Of a DNA stretch of 64,000 nt, positions 11,676 through 23,407 are shown one piece after another. A model generated the notes under the pieces. It worked only from the letters and a program-made list of their open reading frames with translations. It had not been told where the DNA came from and ran no database searches. This DNA comes from Vitrella brassicaformis CCMP3155 (Eukaryota > Protista > Chromerida). Position 1 is the stretch's first letter. Every line of letters begins with the position of its first letter. Location of the stretch: the NCBI GenBank assembly GCA_001179505.1, contig CDMY01000718.1, positions 124,001-188,000 on the forward strand. Direction: 5' to 3'. The position numbers were made by a program, and so were the translations under genes.

Positions 11676-14600
11676 ATGCCGATTGAGGGCCGGAATCGTG
11701 TGAAGGAGGGGTTCGTCACCCTGAGGAGAGGCAGATTCTGGAGGTGGGCAAGTGCAAAACGAGAAGCAGATTGAAACATGAATGTACGGCGTCGTACGGT
11801 CCGTTCAGGCAACGATATGCGGTTGTGGAGGGCAACGAAGCCACCCTCAGATACTACCGCTCGCCGAGGGTATGCAAACACGTAGTGATGGCTGTCACGT
11901 TCTCACGTGTGGCTGTCTGCGCGTTCAGGACACCATCCCCGCTGCAGAGTATGACCTGAGGCGTGTGGTGTTCGCCGACGGGGGCACAGACCGCACTTGC
12001 TTCATTCTGGTGAGCAATCACGCAGTGCCAGGATTCGCCTGCACCACAGTGCTGATCTCTGGCTCCCCTGCCTGGTCCCTTGTCGTGCAGAAAATGATTG
12101 ATCCAGAGACGCATGAAGAGCTTCAGGTGACATCCACGCACCGCTCACACACGAGGCTCCTCTATGCACCATCTGCGTTGTGCGTTGTGTGTTGTGTGTT
12201 GTGTGTGGTCAGCTGCGTTTCGACCGGCCCGACGAGTACGATGAGTGGATGCTGGCGCTGTGCCACTCGTCCAAGCTCCTCGCACCCCCACCCTCACACA
12301 AACCACCCACCACCGCCAGCAGCACCGCACGAGGGGGTGCCGCCACCATGCCGTCATGCCTCGAGATGTCCTGCCAGAACAGACACGTGCCACCACCGAT
12401 GGCTGCATGGTCCGTCCAGAGAAGAAACACGTAGATGTCTTTGGCATGTGTCCATGTGTGTGTTGTGTGAGTGTTTGCAGTGTGTCCGAGGTGCAGCGGT
12501 GGATATCGTGTGTGGACTGGCGGCTCGTCAAGGCCGACCAGGGGACCCGGCTGTTCCTGAAGAGGGCGGATGTGGACGAGGGCATGCTGCCCGACCCCAC
12601 CGTGGCCAACGACAAACAGAAACACATGATTTTCGCCAAACAGGTGCCTAGAGAGGAAAGAGAAAGAGAATGCCGAGTCGCCTGAATTGTGGCGGATCTT
12701 TCTTCGTATGTGTGTCAGGGCGTGTCATTTTTGCTCGATGAGGACAGCGCCAACATGTGGTCCGTGCTCGCCTCGTTCATGCTCTTCTGGCCGCTCGTCG
12801 CCGTCTTCTTCTCCTGGACACAGGCGGCCGTCATCACCCTCATGCTGGTCCTCCTGATGGCCAAGCGCTTCCACCGCTTCTGGACGTGGCTTCTCAACAC
12901 TTACCACAGACTCACCACCCGCAAAACAGACGCCAAGGGTGCCAAAGGACGCCCCAAGACGGACAGGAAGAAGGCGGCGCCGCGACGGAGGCCGGCTGGC
13001 GCTGGTGTGGAGGGTGGGCTTGGGATGGGGCGGCCCGTGGCACAGCCGCCGTGCGAGAAGCCTTTTGTTGTCAAGGCCACGTGTGTGGTTAGCGGGGTGC
13101 CGGATCTCGTAAGGGCGGTTCTCACCGAACCGAAGCTCAGGTCAGGAGACGAGTACAATTGGGAGATGGAGACGGATGGGTGCATAATACCCTGTCTTTC
13201 CTTCCTTCCTTCCTTGTTTGTGTGCAGGTGTGAGTGGGACCCGTTGGCCACTCGCTGTGAGTGCGTGGAGCGCCGCAGCCCCTACGACCAGACACTCGCC
13301 CTGCACGCACTGCAGACGCTGCCCAACGGACGAACCACGCTCAGGTCAGTCAGAGACTACTCACTGCATGAAGGCGAGAAGAATGTTCATTCTGTGTCCA
13401 GGCGGTCTCTGCTTCGCCAGCTGGTGTTGCGCTGTGACGAGAGGACCTACGTCGTGATCGAGAAGCTGCTGCCGCCTCTCAATGCCGATGAGGGTGACAC
13501 CAGGAACGACAACGGCTGGCAGGTACGTCCAAAAGACCGGTATACACACACGGGTCACTTTGACACGCCTTCCGCTGTGTATCTGTGTGTGCAGTGGGTG
13601 GACTATGATTACCCCCTGAGCGGCCCCCCCGATCCATCCCTCACGCCCACCTACCCCTTCCGCGCCTACCTGATCGAGTCATGCCCCCCCGACCTCTCAT
13701 TCCCTTCCCCGTCACCAGCAGCCCTCCCCCTCACCACAACCATCACCCGCCTGACGTCCTTCATCTTCTTCCCCAGCCGATCCATCGCTCTCGAGGAGGC
13801 GTTGGGTGTGGGTATCGGCAGGGACATCACCTGCCCCATCGCTCTTGGGGGGCTGCTCTTCACCCTCCCACCTTCTCAGTGGACGCCATTGACCATCCTG
13901 GCGGCCGCGAACGGCGGCCCTCTGCAGCCGCCCGGCCACTCCATCCCCGCCGATGCGCTGAGAGAGGCCGAGAACAACAGCACCACGAGTGAGGATGCGC
14001 CTGGTGAGGGTCGTGAGGTGTTCTATGACCCTGTGGAGGCCCCCAGTGGCGGCGGGTACATGAACTTCCGCGGATGGGTGGAGGGACTGGAGGGCTTGAA
14101 GAGTGTTGTGGCCTTCCGGGCTCCTCTCGCCGGTGTCGTGCCCATGGTCGCGCACACCAGAGGCGGCGACAAGTGAGAAGGATAGCTCAGCAGCCAGCAA
14201 ACTTAGGTACAGCTTCCACATGGCATGTCTTCCTTGGTTCTCTTCTCTTCTCCGTTCAGGATGTCCGACCGGTTTGGTCTGCAGGGCGGCCGTGGTGGCC
14301 GTTTGTCGGACGATGTGAGCACCACCACTGCGCTGCATCTGGAGGACACAGACGAGAATGACTCCACCAGCCAGACACCGCAAGAAGACAAGGACGACGG
14401 GGAGCGACAACCACAGCCACACCCACAGCCACATGTGCACGAACACGCACAGCCGGCGGCTGGTGAGTGGGAGACGGGGAGGGCGCTGACACGGATCATG
14501 GCGAGTGTCCTTCATATGCCTCTCGGTAGATGTCCAAGCGCACGTCCGCGGTGCCGCTGCACATGCGCATGTAGATGCACTTGCCGAGGGCCATACGTCG

Positions 14601-15763
14601 GTCACGAGCGCATCGACCACACCAGTGCCCCCTTCGCCCCCTCGCACAGCACAGGAGACCCGCGCACACCAGCTGACCAACATGGTAAACACTTGAACCG
14701 CTGAAATTTGCCCAGCTGCTGTCGCTCATCGATGGATGGATGAGTGTGTGTCCCTGCAGGCCTTTGCCAAGCGGGAGAAGCTGTTAGAGTTTGCGTTGGG
14801 CGAGGAGGGCTGGACCGACTGCGGCATCAGGGAGGGCGTCCAGGTACGCAAAGACGACGACAGAGAGAGGGAGAATGCTCGGACGACAGAGCTCGCACCA
14901 CTGCCCTGTCCGTGATGTGTGTGTGTTGTGTTCCATGCAGCTGGGTCGCCATGACATTCCCCATGGCCCAGCGGCAGTCCGCGGCCGTCTCAACTTCGGC
15001 ACCGCATTCACGGCCAAACAGGTGGCCGACTACATCCTGCTCCTGGACAGAAAGCACGAGTGGGACGGCATGTTTGACAAAGGTCGGTTACTGAAGACGA
15101 CAGAACAACAAGGAGTGCGTCACAGGCACTCACTCCTCTCGTCTGTCTGTTCATTGAAGGTCATCTTCTCCATGTGTTTTGCGAGCATCTGTTCGTCGTC
15201 TACCAGGCCTTCAAGCCTCAGCTGGGCGTGGCTGGCCGGGACTTTGTGTTGCTGGGCCACCGCTTTGAAGACCCGAGCGGCCGTGTGACCATCACCACCA
15301 CATCCATCGACTGGGGCAAACCGCCAGAACACGCCCTTGTGCGGGCTGACCTACACGTAAGGGCAATGAGAGAACGGACTTACCAGGAACACAGGAAGAG
15401 ACTAAGTACGTGTGTGTGGGTGCAGGTGGCTGGCTACGTATTGCAGCCGCTGCCGGACGGAACCCTGCACGTGACGTACGTCAACCATGTCGACGTACGT
15501 CAAGCAGATGCAAAACACACACGTGCACGGAGCCAGCGAGGCATCCATTGCACTGTTGGTTGGTGCTGGTTGGCTGCTTCATCCATCTGTCTGTTCAGGT
15601 CAAGGGCAACATTCCCTCGTTCGTGATCCGCATGGTGCAGACCAAGCAGCCCCTCACACTCGCACACATCAAGCGCATACTCGACACCCACGGCCCCCCA
15701 CCGCCACTCAGGCCCGAAAGCATCATGGCCGAGATGCCGCCACCTACTGAAGTGGTGGCGTGA
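11676..15763 (+). CDS. PH domain - transmembrane hairpin - tandem START (lipid transfer) domain protein
   Basis: N-terminal exons give a PH fold (KEGFVTLRRGRFWR-QRYAVVEG...LRFDRPDEYDEWMLAL). A hydrophobic segment follows (MWSVLASFMLFWPLVAVFFSWTQAAVITLMLVLLM). START-like 1: CEWDPLATRCECVE. START 2: RKHEWDGMFDKG, GRDFVLLGHR, GYVLQPLPDGTLHVTYVNHVD-VKGNIPSFVI. Stop at 15763. Confidence 0.85.
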
Positions 15764-16523
15764 TCGACATGAAGAGGAGAGGAGAGGGGACGGGCAGGGG
15801 GAGGGTTTGTTCGTTGCTGCTATAATTTTTCGACCCGTGTGTGTTGAATCGCATCAGTCAGTCATTATGCGCTGTGGATGGGCCGATGCAATTCGTGAGG
15901 TGTTGCTTTGTGGATGTGCACGGTGGGTCGGGTGGCTCTGCTGTCGAGGACGCGGATTGAGAGCAGAGTGTCAACTGCTCTGGGTCTAGGTCTCCGAGGG
16001 CGTTGGCATCCGTCGCGTCATGCAAGATACACGGAGCCACAGAGACATGATCGCAGTCAATTTTCCCACTGTCGTTTGCAATGACAAGTGTGTGTGGACT
16101 GATTGCTTTATTGATGGACGTCTACAACTGTCTTCTCTACTGAGTGGATGGATATTGACCATAAAAGCATTTTTCCTCCCCCTAAAGTTCAACACGGTGT
16201 GTACCCCCTCAGCATTTCTTATTGTCCCACAGTGATGGTCAAGCGACGAGAGACACACAGGCGTACGCCTCGCTCACTGCGCTCACTGCACAGCCAACGT
16301 CCGTCCAAGAGTATCGAAACAGCTTCTTCGTTCATTCAGACTGCGAGCACCGAGGACAGAATGAGGGATCAAGGATGTCAAATAATGACACGCATCCTTT
16401 GCATCATCACTACACGCACATGCTCACAGAGGCACCCGAGAAGAAAGAGAATATTCGTCATCCCACAATGGGTGGATTGATTGCTTTACTGATGGAGTGT
16501 CTGTATTGTCTCTTTTGTGTGCA

Positions 16524-17804
16524 CTAGAAATTTGAGCCGCACCTAGGACTAGAATTTCTGCACAGGACTTGCTGCTGGGGCAGGTGTCTTTTCAGAATAT
16601 GCGGGAGGGGCAGCTTGGGTGTAGCCGCCGACGGGCTGCATGGGCTGAGGGGGAAGAGGCTGCTGCTGATAGAGTGTGACAGCAGGGTATTGATACTGCG
16701 GCCCTGTCTCCTGGCCGCCCATTGCCGGAATGAACGGCCGATTCTCCGCAATGAATTGCTGCACACAGACATCAATATATCTCTTGTTGACGAGCAAGTC
16801 AAGTCAAGGAGCAACTACCAGTGAGCCGCAGGCAGGAGAGAATATTAGGGCGTAACTGCAGCAGTCAGTCTTCATCAGCACGCCATCTGATAACCACATA
16901 TGACGGTGTATGCCAGTCAGATGCCTTTTTGGAGATCCGTACCGCAAGGATCAGTCAATTGGCCTTTTGTACGCCCACAATAGCACACCGGGTTGGTGCA
17001 GCCTGTATAAGGACAACATCAGCAGCGTGTATCTCTCATCCATATAGCCGATGTGTCTCCATCCTTTCCCTGTCTGTCTTACCGATCTGAACAATGTCAG
17101 TGACTTCTGCGAATCTGAGAGTCTTTGAGCACAAGAAGGTCCTGAGTACATAGCCTACAATACAGTGTAACCGCCATGCATATAAAATGAACGACCGACA
17201 AGCTTTCTTCTCTCCCACTCTCCTCCTTTCCATGTGTGTATGTACCAAAGTGTGTCCTCTCAACGTTTCGAGGTGCCGATGCCACGGATATGACAATGAG
17301 GATGGCCAGTCTGCAAAGAGCAGCCGAGATTGACACGGAGACACCGTGTGTTTTCATTGGTATGTCTCCCATCTCTGTTTGCTTACATTATGAGCACATG
17401 AGACATAGACACCAGCACAACCGCTGCGTCGGCCGCCGTAGTACCGATCACAAGGGCGAGTATGGCCAGAAAAGGGATGGCTATCAGGAACTAGACACAC
17501 ACACACAACAGAGAGAGAGAGAGAGAGAGAGACGTCGCGATTCATGTCCGCAGAGCGCATGACAAAGCAAGCAGATACGGATGCAGGTGGGTGTCCCTCT
17601 TGTGCGTGCGTGTACCTTCCAGAATGCCGTGTACTTGATGTCGTACGTCTGATAGTCGGGGCAACACACATATGAAGAGAGAATGGCTTGAGCTGACAAC
17701 GCTATATTGCATGCGACCACTCGTACCTTCTGTAGTGACGGCATTTGTTGCTGGCCTCCATACTGCACGCCCATCGGCAGCCCCACAGCATAAGTCGGTT
17801 GCAT
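16524..17804 (-). CDS. Small membrane protein, paralog A (2 TM, PH-like/bPH-like region, Pro/Gln-rich tail)
   Basis: Exons homologous in order and splice position to 18622-19924: MQPTYAVG..., TYDIKYTAFW, hydrophobic exons, YVLRTFLCSKTLRFAEVTDIVQI, QFIAENRPFIPAM...PVQKF*. The PH-like call is tentative. Confidence 0.7.
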
Positions 17805-18489
17805 CCCGGCTCCGAGAAGACTCTCGAATGGGGGCTGCTCGTAGTCTTTTCGTGGACAGAAAGCCGGGCTTGTGTGTTTCTCCTCTCGTCCGCCACAAAC
17901 GGCCTCTGCTCCTTCCTCTTTCTTCCGATCTGCGAGCTCGCACATGAAGGGCGATTGACATGTGCCACATGTCGTTCGTTCATTCATTCATGCATTCATT
18001 CATTCATTCACTCATTCGGGCGTCCTCATGAACACACAAGGCATTCATTCAGACGATGCAAGCAGCACTGCAGAACACCCTGCAATGACCAGGGCGGCGA
18101 GTCCGGCTCACCAAGGTTTCCCGGCTACTCCCTGGGTTTCACATGCCCCGTATTTTAGAAGCGCGGGGGAAAAGCGCCCGGCCCTTGTTTCTATCCCGTC
18201 GGGCGACGGCTGGCTGGTTGTGCTCGTGTGTGTGTGTGTGTGTGTGCATGTTGATCCAGAGCACACTGCAGTCAACTTAAGTGGCTGACTAATTCACCGA
18301 CACACACAAACGATGCATGCACACCATCCGTCCCCCTTTCCGCGTGAATGAAAGACTTGCGTGATTGTGCGTCTGCCTCCACAGACACGCAGGCATCTGC
18401 CTCTGCCACCGTTCATCAAGTCTCACTACGCCGGACAGAAATTCACCATCCGACGTCGAATGCGGGCTGCGTTAGCCCGTCTCTCAGTC

Positions 18490-18625
18490 AGAAGGGGCAA
18501 GTCTGAGTCAGCTGCTGATCGGCGCTCTCGAGTTTGCGGATTGGGCCATCGTGGCCAAGCTCACCATTGGAGCACACGCCATAGTCTTCCTCGGTGACTT
18601 ACACCCACTCGCACGCCACGCCTAG
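18490..18625 (+). pseudogene. Truncated paralogous exon of the 20222-20903 membrane protein gene
   Basis: Translates LSQLLIGALEFADWAIVAKLTIGAHAIVFLGDLHPLARHA*, versus LSQLLIGALVFVDWAIVAKLTIAICALVFLLNSHPLARLC at about 20601-20720. It ends where paralog B's stop begins. Confidence 0.65.
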
Positions 18626-19924
18626 AATTTCTGCACTGGACCTGCTGCCGTCGCTGCTGTTGAGTAACGGGGCGGGGCTGGGGAGCTTTCAAAATAGCCG
18701 GGAGGGCCCGGAGGAGTGGCCGATGGGGCTGGGTGGAAAGGTTGGATGTAGCCGCCGACGGGCTGCATTGGCTGAGGAGGAAGAGGCTGCTGCTGATAGA
18801 GTGTGACAGCAGGGTATTGATACTGTGCTCCTGTCATCTGGCCGCTCATTGCCGGAATGAACGGCCGATTCTCCGCAATGAATTGCTGCACACAGACATG
18901 AATATCTCTCTTGATGACGAGCAAGTCAAGTCAAGGAGCAACTACCAGTGAGCCGCAGGCAGGAGAGAATATTAGGGCGTAACTGCAGCAGTCAGTCTTC
19001 ATCAGCACGCCATCTGATAACCACATATGACGGTGTATGCCAGTCAGGTGCCTTTTAGAGATCCGTACCAGACGGATCAGTCAATTGGCCCTTTGTGCGC
19101 CCACAATAGCACACCGGCTGGCACATCCCTGCATAAACAAACATCAGCGGCAGGTATGTATCATGCACCATGCACGTAGCCAGTGTCTCCGTCTTTTCCC
19201 GGTCTGTCTTACCGATCTGGGCAATGTCAGCCACTTGAGAGAATCTGAGAGTCTTTTGACAGCAGAAGGTTCTGAGTACGTAGCCTAAGGTTGGATCACA
19301 GGACAGTGCCACACAAAATGAACTAACAGGTTTTCTCTCCTCCACCCCTCCCTCATTCAGCTTGTGTGTACCAAAGGAGGTTTTCTCCACTTTTCGAGGT
19401 GACGATGCCACAACTACTATCGAGACGACGACCACTCTGGAGAGAGTGATAGTGAGTAGGGGAGAGAGTAATAGAGAAAGGCTGCCCTCTGTTCATTGGT
19501 CATTCGGTCATTCTCTCATCTTTGACTTACATAATGAACCATGACGGCCCGGCATGTATCACCACAACCAGTCCCCCGCCGGCGCTCAAGGCGATCACGA
19601 GGGCGACCACGACCAGAAAGGGGAGGACCACCAGGAACTACACACAGAGCGAATGATGATGAAGGAGAGCAGTTGGCTACGCGCTTGCAAGATGTGGGTG
19701 TCCCTCTTGTGCGTGCGTGTACCCGCCAGCATGCCGTGTACTTGATGTCATACGTCTGTCGAGAGACGCGGTGAAACAGATATGCGATGCACAAGAGAGA
19801 ATGGCTTGAGGTGACATTCGGTATTGCATGCGACTGCCTGTACCTTGTCCAAAAACGGTGTTTGTGGCTGGACTTCAACGGCATATGGCATCCCCACGGC
19901 ATAAACTGGCTGTTCTGGCTGCAT
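18622..19924 (-). CDS. Small membrane protein, paralog B (2 TM, PH-like region, Pro/Gln-rich tail)
   Basis: Spliced MQPEQPVYAVG...FLDK|TYDIKYTACWR|FLVVLPFLVVVALVIALSAGGGLVVVIHAG...|...YVLRTFCCQKTLRFSQVADIAQI|...QFIAENRPFIPAM...PVQKF*. Tandem duplicate of 16524-17804. Confidence 0.7.
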
Positions 19925-20221
19925 CAGGCCCGTCCTCACTGTCACAAGTCACCGAATGGGGCCTCCTCTTGCTCGCCTGATTGACAAAAGCCGGGCTTGT
20001 GCGTTTCTGCTCTCGTCCGCTATACAGTGGCTCACCTTCTCGTCCGTCGGAATCCGCTTTCTCTTCTGGGTCGCACCCCTCTAAGCTCGCAATGCAGGAG
20101 AAATCGCAGGGAGGAGAAACTGCTCCCTGGAAAAAGGCCTCTTCTTGCCAGATCTGGGTCTGCACGACGTCTGCAGGATGGGCACATCTCTTTGAGGTGA
20201 GGAGTTGGCGATTTTGTTGAG

Positions 20222-20903
20222 GTGCTCTCGAATGCGGCAGCCTCTGATGACAGCCAGACCTCAGCTAGGTCATCACAGTACCTGCAAAGGAGTGTCTGTG
20301 TACAAATCTCTTCAAAGTTCGCTGAGGACTGCGCCAGAGAGGAAGATCAAGGCGTGCAGATTCCATTTCCTTGTCTGCGTGTTCACCGATTGATTGCCTT
20401 TGTGTGTGTGTCTGTGTGTGAGTGTGTGTCCTCCAGGGTCGTAGCGTGACTCATACTGAGGCTTGGTGCATCTTCAGCTTCCAGGCTGAACGAAAGTACG
20501 CGGAGCAACCAATGCACGGAGTGCCGGTTGTCTCTTCTTCCTCCTCAGGTCCTCTCCATCTGTCAGCCAGCCAGCCATGCATCGGTCACAAGAGGTCCTT
20601 CTCAGTCAGCTGCTGATCGGCGCTCTCGTGTTCGTCGACTGGGCCATCGTGGCCAAGCTCACCATCGCCATATGCGCCCTGGTCTTCCTCCTCAACTCCC
20701 ACCCCCTGGCCCGCTTGTGTGCCGTTATCACCTGCGGCATCGTGCTGATACTGAATCGGCTGAAGGAGCATTTCCAGCGGCAATCTACTAGGGCCGAGGA
20801 GGAAAGTGCGGGCGAGCCGAGAGCTCAGAGGAATGACAGCAATAATGGGTGGGAGAAGGTGGAGAGGGAGGGGGCATCGGACGAAGAGAGGAAGGACCGG
20901 TAG
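20222..20903 (+). CDS. Small multi-TM hypothetical protein
   Basis: Last exon (ORF 20577-20903) has hydrophobic helices and a charged tail. Upstream exons and start are uncertain. Confidence 0.55.
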
Positions 20904-21225
20904 CGAGCCAGACAGGATGGGATGTGATGTGATGAGAGGGCGGGTATCCATATGGTCTCGGTGCCCTTGTGTGTGTACATACTCGGACCAGTGAGTGACA
21001 CAAGAGATCTTATGACGGGCTGTGATGCGACCTCCATGTACCATGCTGTAATTAATGAGACTGATGACTGACCCAAATGTGGCCGCCGTCAAAGGTGGAT
21101 TGGCGCATACAGTCGCCAAGCACTGACACGCATCCATTTCGACAGGCTACATCAAACAAAGAGGTAAGAAGACTCACTGTGTTTGCAATAAAAGCCAGAA
21201 AAGGCTCCAGATACACGGCACTCAC

Positions 21226-21884
21226 TCATATGTCCTCAACAGACAGCACTCTGACCTGCTCTGGCCGGTAGACCACTATCTCCCCACCTGACCAATACCC
21301 ATGCACAATGGCGCCGTCATACCCCTCAGCCGAGAGCGACTCGTACGTCTCATTGGAAGAATCCGCCCGCCACACCGTCTTGGGCTTGCTCATGGTGATC
21401 TCCGCCGTAACCATGCATCCCTTCTGCTTGGCCTTGCGCTCGGTCTCGTTCTGCCGGATAGCGAAGTAGATGCCGCACCCAGCGGCCCCCGACGCACTGG
21501 GCTGCATGACGCCCGACTGCTTGATCTGCAGGCCGCGCTCGGTAGAGGTCTGATGGTAGCCAATGCAGCGGCCGGCGGTACAGATGGCTCTCAGGGTGGG
21601 GCAGTTGCTGGCGCGATGGTCGCTGTCTTTGGTGCGGCAGACTCGGCAGTAGTGCTGGGAGTGGTCCTGAAGCAATAAAAGCAGCACACGGGAGGTCGGT
21701 GTGGCGCTGTTTTGGTCATCTGTCTGCACCAATGCGTACCTCTGTGCAACCAGTAGCCTGTCAGACACACGGAAACACACACACCGACCGACCGACCGAC
21801 CGACCGACAGACAGACAGAGGAGTGAGGGAGATGCCGATACGCGCCCGTCTATCTATCAGATCTCTCACCCTGCAGCGCGGCAT
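21226..21884 (-). CDS. Zinc-module + GIG2/PARP-like ADP-ribosyltransferase ART-a (157 aa; exons 21884-21870, 21757-21740, 21666-21226)
   Basis: Spliced MPRCR|ATGCTE|DHSQHYCRVCRTKDSDHRASNCP, then GYHQTS (His), GAAGCGIYFA (Tyr), EGYDGAIV...GGEIVVYRPEQV (Glu). This H-Y-E diphtheria-toxin-like ART pattern has GIG2-like spacing. All splice sites are GT-AG and in frame. Confidence 0.85.
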
Positions 21885-22685
21885 GGTCCTCAGTCAGTCG
21901 TCAGGAACCTCCACGCGAGCATCTTTCCCCTTTAGGAATACAGAGGAGTGCAGGAATACCATCCGGTGACGTCGTCTGAAAAAACGCACACACAAGCACA
22001 TAGAGGGCGGCGTGTGGAGGGGAGTGGGGATCATGAGCTGCTGTTCAGTCTCATTTGCAACCTCAGCTCGCAGACGGGCGATCCCTTTCTTTGGCTCGAC
22101 AAAACGGGACAAACGGCAAGGCATTAGGCGTTCAGACGCAGCCTCATGAACCGCAGCATCCATGGCGTCGATTTGAGCGAGAAGCGATGAGTCATTTTGT
22201 CGTCACATCGCTTCACTCTTCCAACCAGGAGGAAGACAGGTCGTGCCATTTGTATCACTGCACGACAAGACAAGCGACAGGACGTGTGTAAGAGAAAGGA
22301 GGCGGCGGGACTCGCACCCGCATTGTGATCGGTTGGCGGATGATCTTCAGGCAGTTGTGCTACACCTCCTTGAATGCTCCGTCTTACGACTTGCCGTGTT
22401 GTGATGCAAGTGCTGTCAGTCAGCTGTCAGCGGGTGCTGTGTCCCTTTTATCGACACGCTGACTTCGGTGTGCCTGACAGTGTCTGTGTGCGTCGACCCA
22501 TGTGAAGCTGTGCAGATCCACCGAGCCATTCTCCCCTTTCTCTCCTTCCCTTCCAGTCAGTCCAGTTCTTGTCGTTGATGTCGGACTTTCCACTAGCGAA
22601 CAATCGTGATTTCATGTGAATCGTGGTCACTTTGCGTGGACATGGAAAAGCGGCGAAAAACACCGCACGGAGAGCTGGCCATCCA

Positions 22686-23315
22686 TCACATGTCCTGTAC
22701 AGATAGCACTCTGACCTGCTCTGACTTATACACGACAACCTCCACACCCGACCTAAACCCATGCACTATCACCCCGTCATACCCCTCAGCTGCCAGGGAC
22801 TCGTAAGTCACGTTGGGGACCTTTCCCCGCCACACATGCTTGGGCCTCCTAAGGGAGATCTCCGCCGTCACCATGCAGCCATGGTTGTGGGCCTTGCGCT
22901 GAGTCTCGTTTGGCCGGATGGCGAAGTAGATGCCGCACCCAGCGGCCCCCGACGCACTGGGCTGCATGACGCCCGACTGCGTGATCTGTTGGCCGCGATC
23001 GGGAGACGTCTGGTGGTAGCCGACACAGCGGCCGGAAGTGTACTTAGCTGTGAGGGTGGGGCAGTTCATGGCGCGGTGGTCGCTGTCCTTGGTGCGGCAG
23101 ACACGGCAGTAGCGCTTGGCGTGGTTCTGAAGCACCGAATGGACATGGTACACATGAGTGCGGTGTTGCGCTGCTGCTGTGGCCGTCCGTCAATCTCCAC
23201 CAATGCGTACCTCTGTGCAACCAGCAGCCTATCAGACACACACACACACACACACACACACAAGGCGTGTGTTCTGCGCTGATCTGTTCCTCTCCCTCAC
23301 CCTGCAGCGCAGCAT
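22686..23315 (-). CDS. Zinc-module + GIG2/PARP-like ADP-ribosyltransferase ART-b (157 aa; exons 23315-23301, 23228-23211, 23126-22686)
   Basis: Tandem paralog of ART-a with identical exon lengths (15/18/441 nt): MLRCR|AAGCTE|NHAKRYCRVCRTKDSDHRAMNCP...GYHQTS...GCGIYFA...EGYDGVIV...GVEVVVYKSEQV*. Confidence 0.85.
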
Positions 23316-23407
23316 TGTCCCCAGTTGGCCTTGGCTCACGCTGCTCCACATTAACGTCATCTTCCTTCCAAAGTAGGAATGCCGTCCTGTCGTCGCGACC
23401 ACCGTAC

